This document shows positions 62,655-64,000 of a DNA stretch of 64,000 bases, one piece after another. Position 1 is the stretch's first letter; every line of letters starts with the position of its first letter. The position numbers were made by a program, and so were the translations under genes. The stretch spans positions 70,854 to 134,853 of the forward strand of contig CBDBFU010000021.1 in assembly GCA_965205025.1 (NCBI GenBank), written 5' to 3'. This stretch comes from Candidatus Poribacteria bacterium (GTDB lineage: Bacteria > Poribacteria > WGA-4E > WGA-3G). Below the pieces are notes generated by a model that saw only the letters and a program-made list of their open reading frames with translations, ran no database searches and was not told the DNA's origin.

Positions 62655-63391
62655 GGTGACAAATTATTTACGTACCAATCAGGATGGGGTGTGTAAAGTT
62701 TATGGCATTAATTTACTTAATAGAAACGGATCAAATACATGTTCTTAATATAAACTGTATCAAATTCTAATTTCACACTTTTTCCATAAGACTTAAAATA
62801 ATTTGAAGAAAACATAAACATCTAACAACTAACATACATATATCACAATAAAATAAATTAAATTATAAATATTTGTCAAAATGCAAATAAAATGATACAA
62901 TACTATATCGTTCACTAATTATAAACTAAAACTAACACATTACTTGGAAGATACGAAATATTATTTATGTCGTGAAAGTTTAACTATCTTCTAATTATTT
63001 TGGCTAATTATTTAGGCTTCTAAACTTTATCCCATATTCAACCAAATTCACTATCTGGGGAAATAGGATTATCCATGTTAGAACTACAACAAAAATATTC
63101 AGAATTATCACCCCATAAGCAGATACAGAGGAAAATCAATGCGAATTCAACCGAATATTTTTTTAGTTTTTCAAATTTTCAAATTTTACACCTATTAATC
63201 AAATCCCTTGTTATCCCAATCCCCAACAGGGTTTTCGGCTCATTAAAAAATCATTTCTTAAAAACCAACTAAAAAAACTTGAAAAACTAAAAAAACTAAA
63301 AATTAGACCGACTTCAAACAAAACAGACTATCATGCACAACAGTAAACTACAGTGTATCTCATTACTACGAATCGTCCATACAGATATAAT

Positions 63392-63750
63392 TCTCTTCAT
63401 AGAATTCGGATTTCCCCGTCCGTTGGTTCAAAATAAAGCAAATGGCACGTACAAAGAATCCTCCAAATCTATGATTTATGGGATATATTCTAATATCTTG
63501 TCAAATGGAAACACAAAATATTTCACATTCAAACAATCCTAAATCAATGGATCAACAGAAAAGTAAAAGACACAAAATTCAAACCAACTTTATAATTGGA
63601 ACAAATTCTTGTAACCTTAAAAAAATGGCTCTAAACACAGTGTAGTACTGACGGGAGAGGGCATTTTCAAACGTTACACCATGTAACGAAAAGTGTAACT
63701 TTATTCAACACATAAATAACTAAAATATTACTATTGTGAACATTAAAAAC
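63392..63750 (+). repeat. Second copy of the ~365-bp repeat
   Basis: Aligns to 55056-55420; another core copy appears to begin at 63984 (AAAAGACACAAAAT). Confidence 0.85.
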
Positions 63751-64000
63751 AGCAAAATTACAGTAAAATTACCCTCGGTTCTATATGATACATGACAAAA
63801 AAGAGGTATTAAAATATAGAATTGATGAGATAGGCTGAAACCACTAACAACAAAAACTACTGGCTACATAGTCATAGGGAATAATTGATGATTATTCATA
63901 GATCTAATACGCAAAACGAATATCAAAATAGTTCTAATAATATACACTTTTTTGCATATTGGAAAGTTAACAAGAAAAGTCAAAAAAGACACAAAATATC

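Noticed and set aside
55056-63750. DGR template/variable repeat pair (63392-63750 is A-richer than 55056-55420)
   Set aside because: Mismatches are not confined to adenines of one copy, indels are present, neither copy lies in a credible CDS 3' end, and no reverse transcriptase is in the window.

Overview
AT-rich (~35% GC by eye) bacterial chromosomal segment. The gene content points to Candidatus Poribacteria or a close relative (inference, no database search): many PhyH-family Fe(II)/2OG dioxygenases, WD40 and LamG proteins with a C-terminal V-x-x-x-GK-x-T-x-x-WG-x-[LI]K tail, an FGE-sulfatase domain protein and glycosidases. It contains a tRNA-Gly/Cys/Val operon, argJ, ABC transporters, a RelE-type toxin/antidote pair, and a defence island (fused REase-N6-MTase, orphan ORF, specificity subunit, AAA_21 ATPase plus TOPRIM/DUF4276-like partner, orphan antidote). 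A three-gene Cys-rich secreted-protein operon with a structured leader is bracketed by 30-bp direct repeats. Intergenic regions are dense mosaics of REP-like hairpins, MITE-like shells and an unexplained A-rich 'palindrome + triple GT(T/C)AC' repeat family. More than 15 single-base insertion frameshifts look like long-read consensus errors rather than real pseudogenes.
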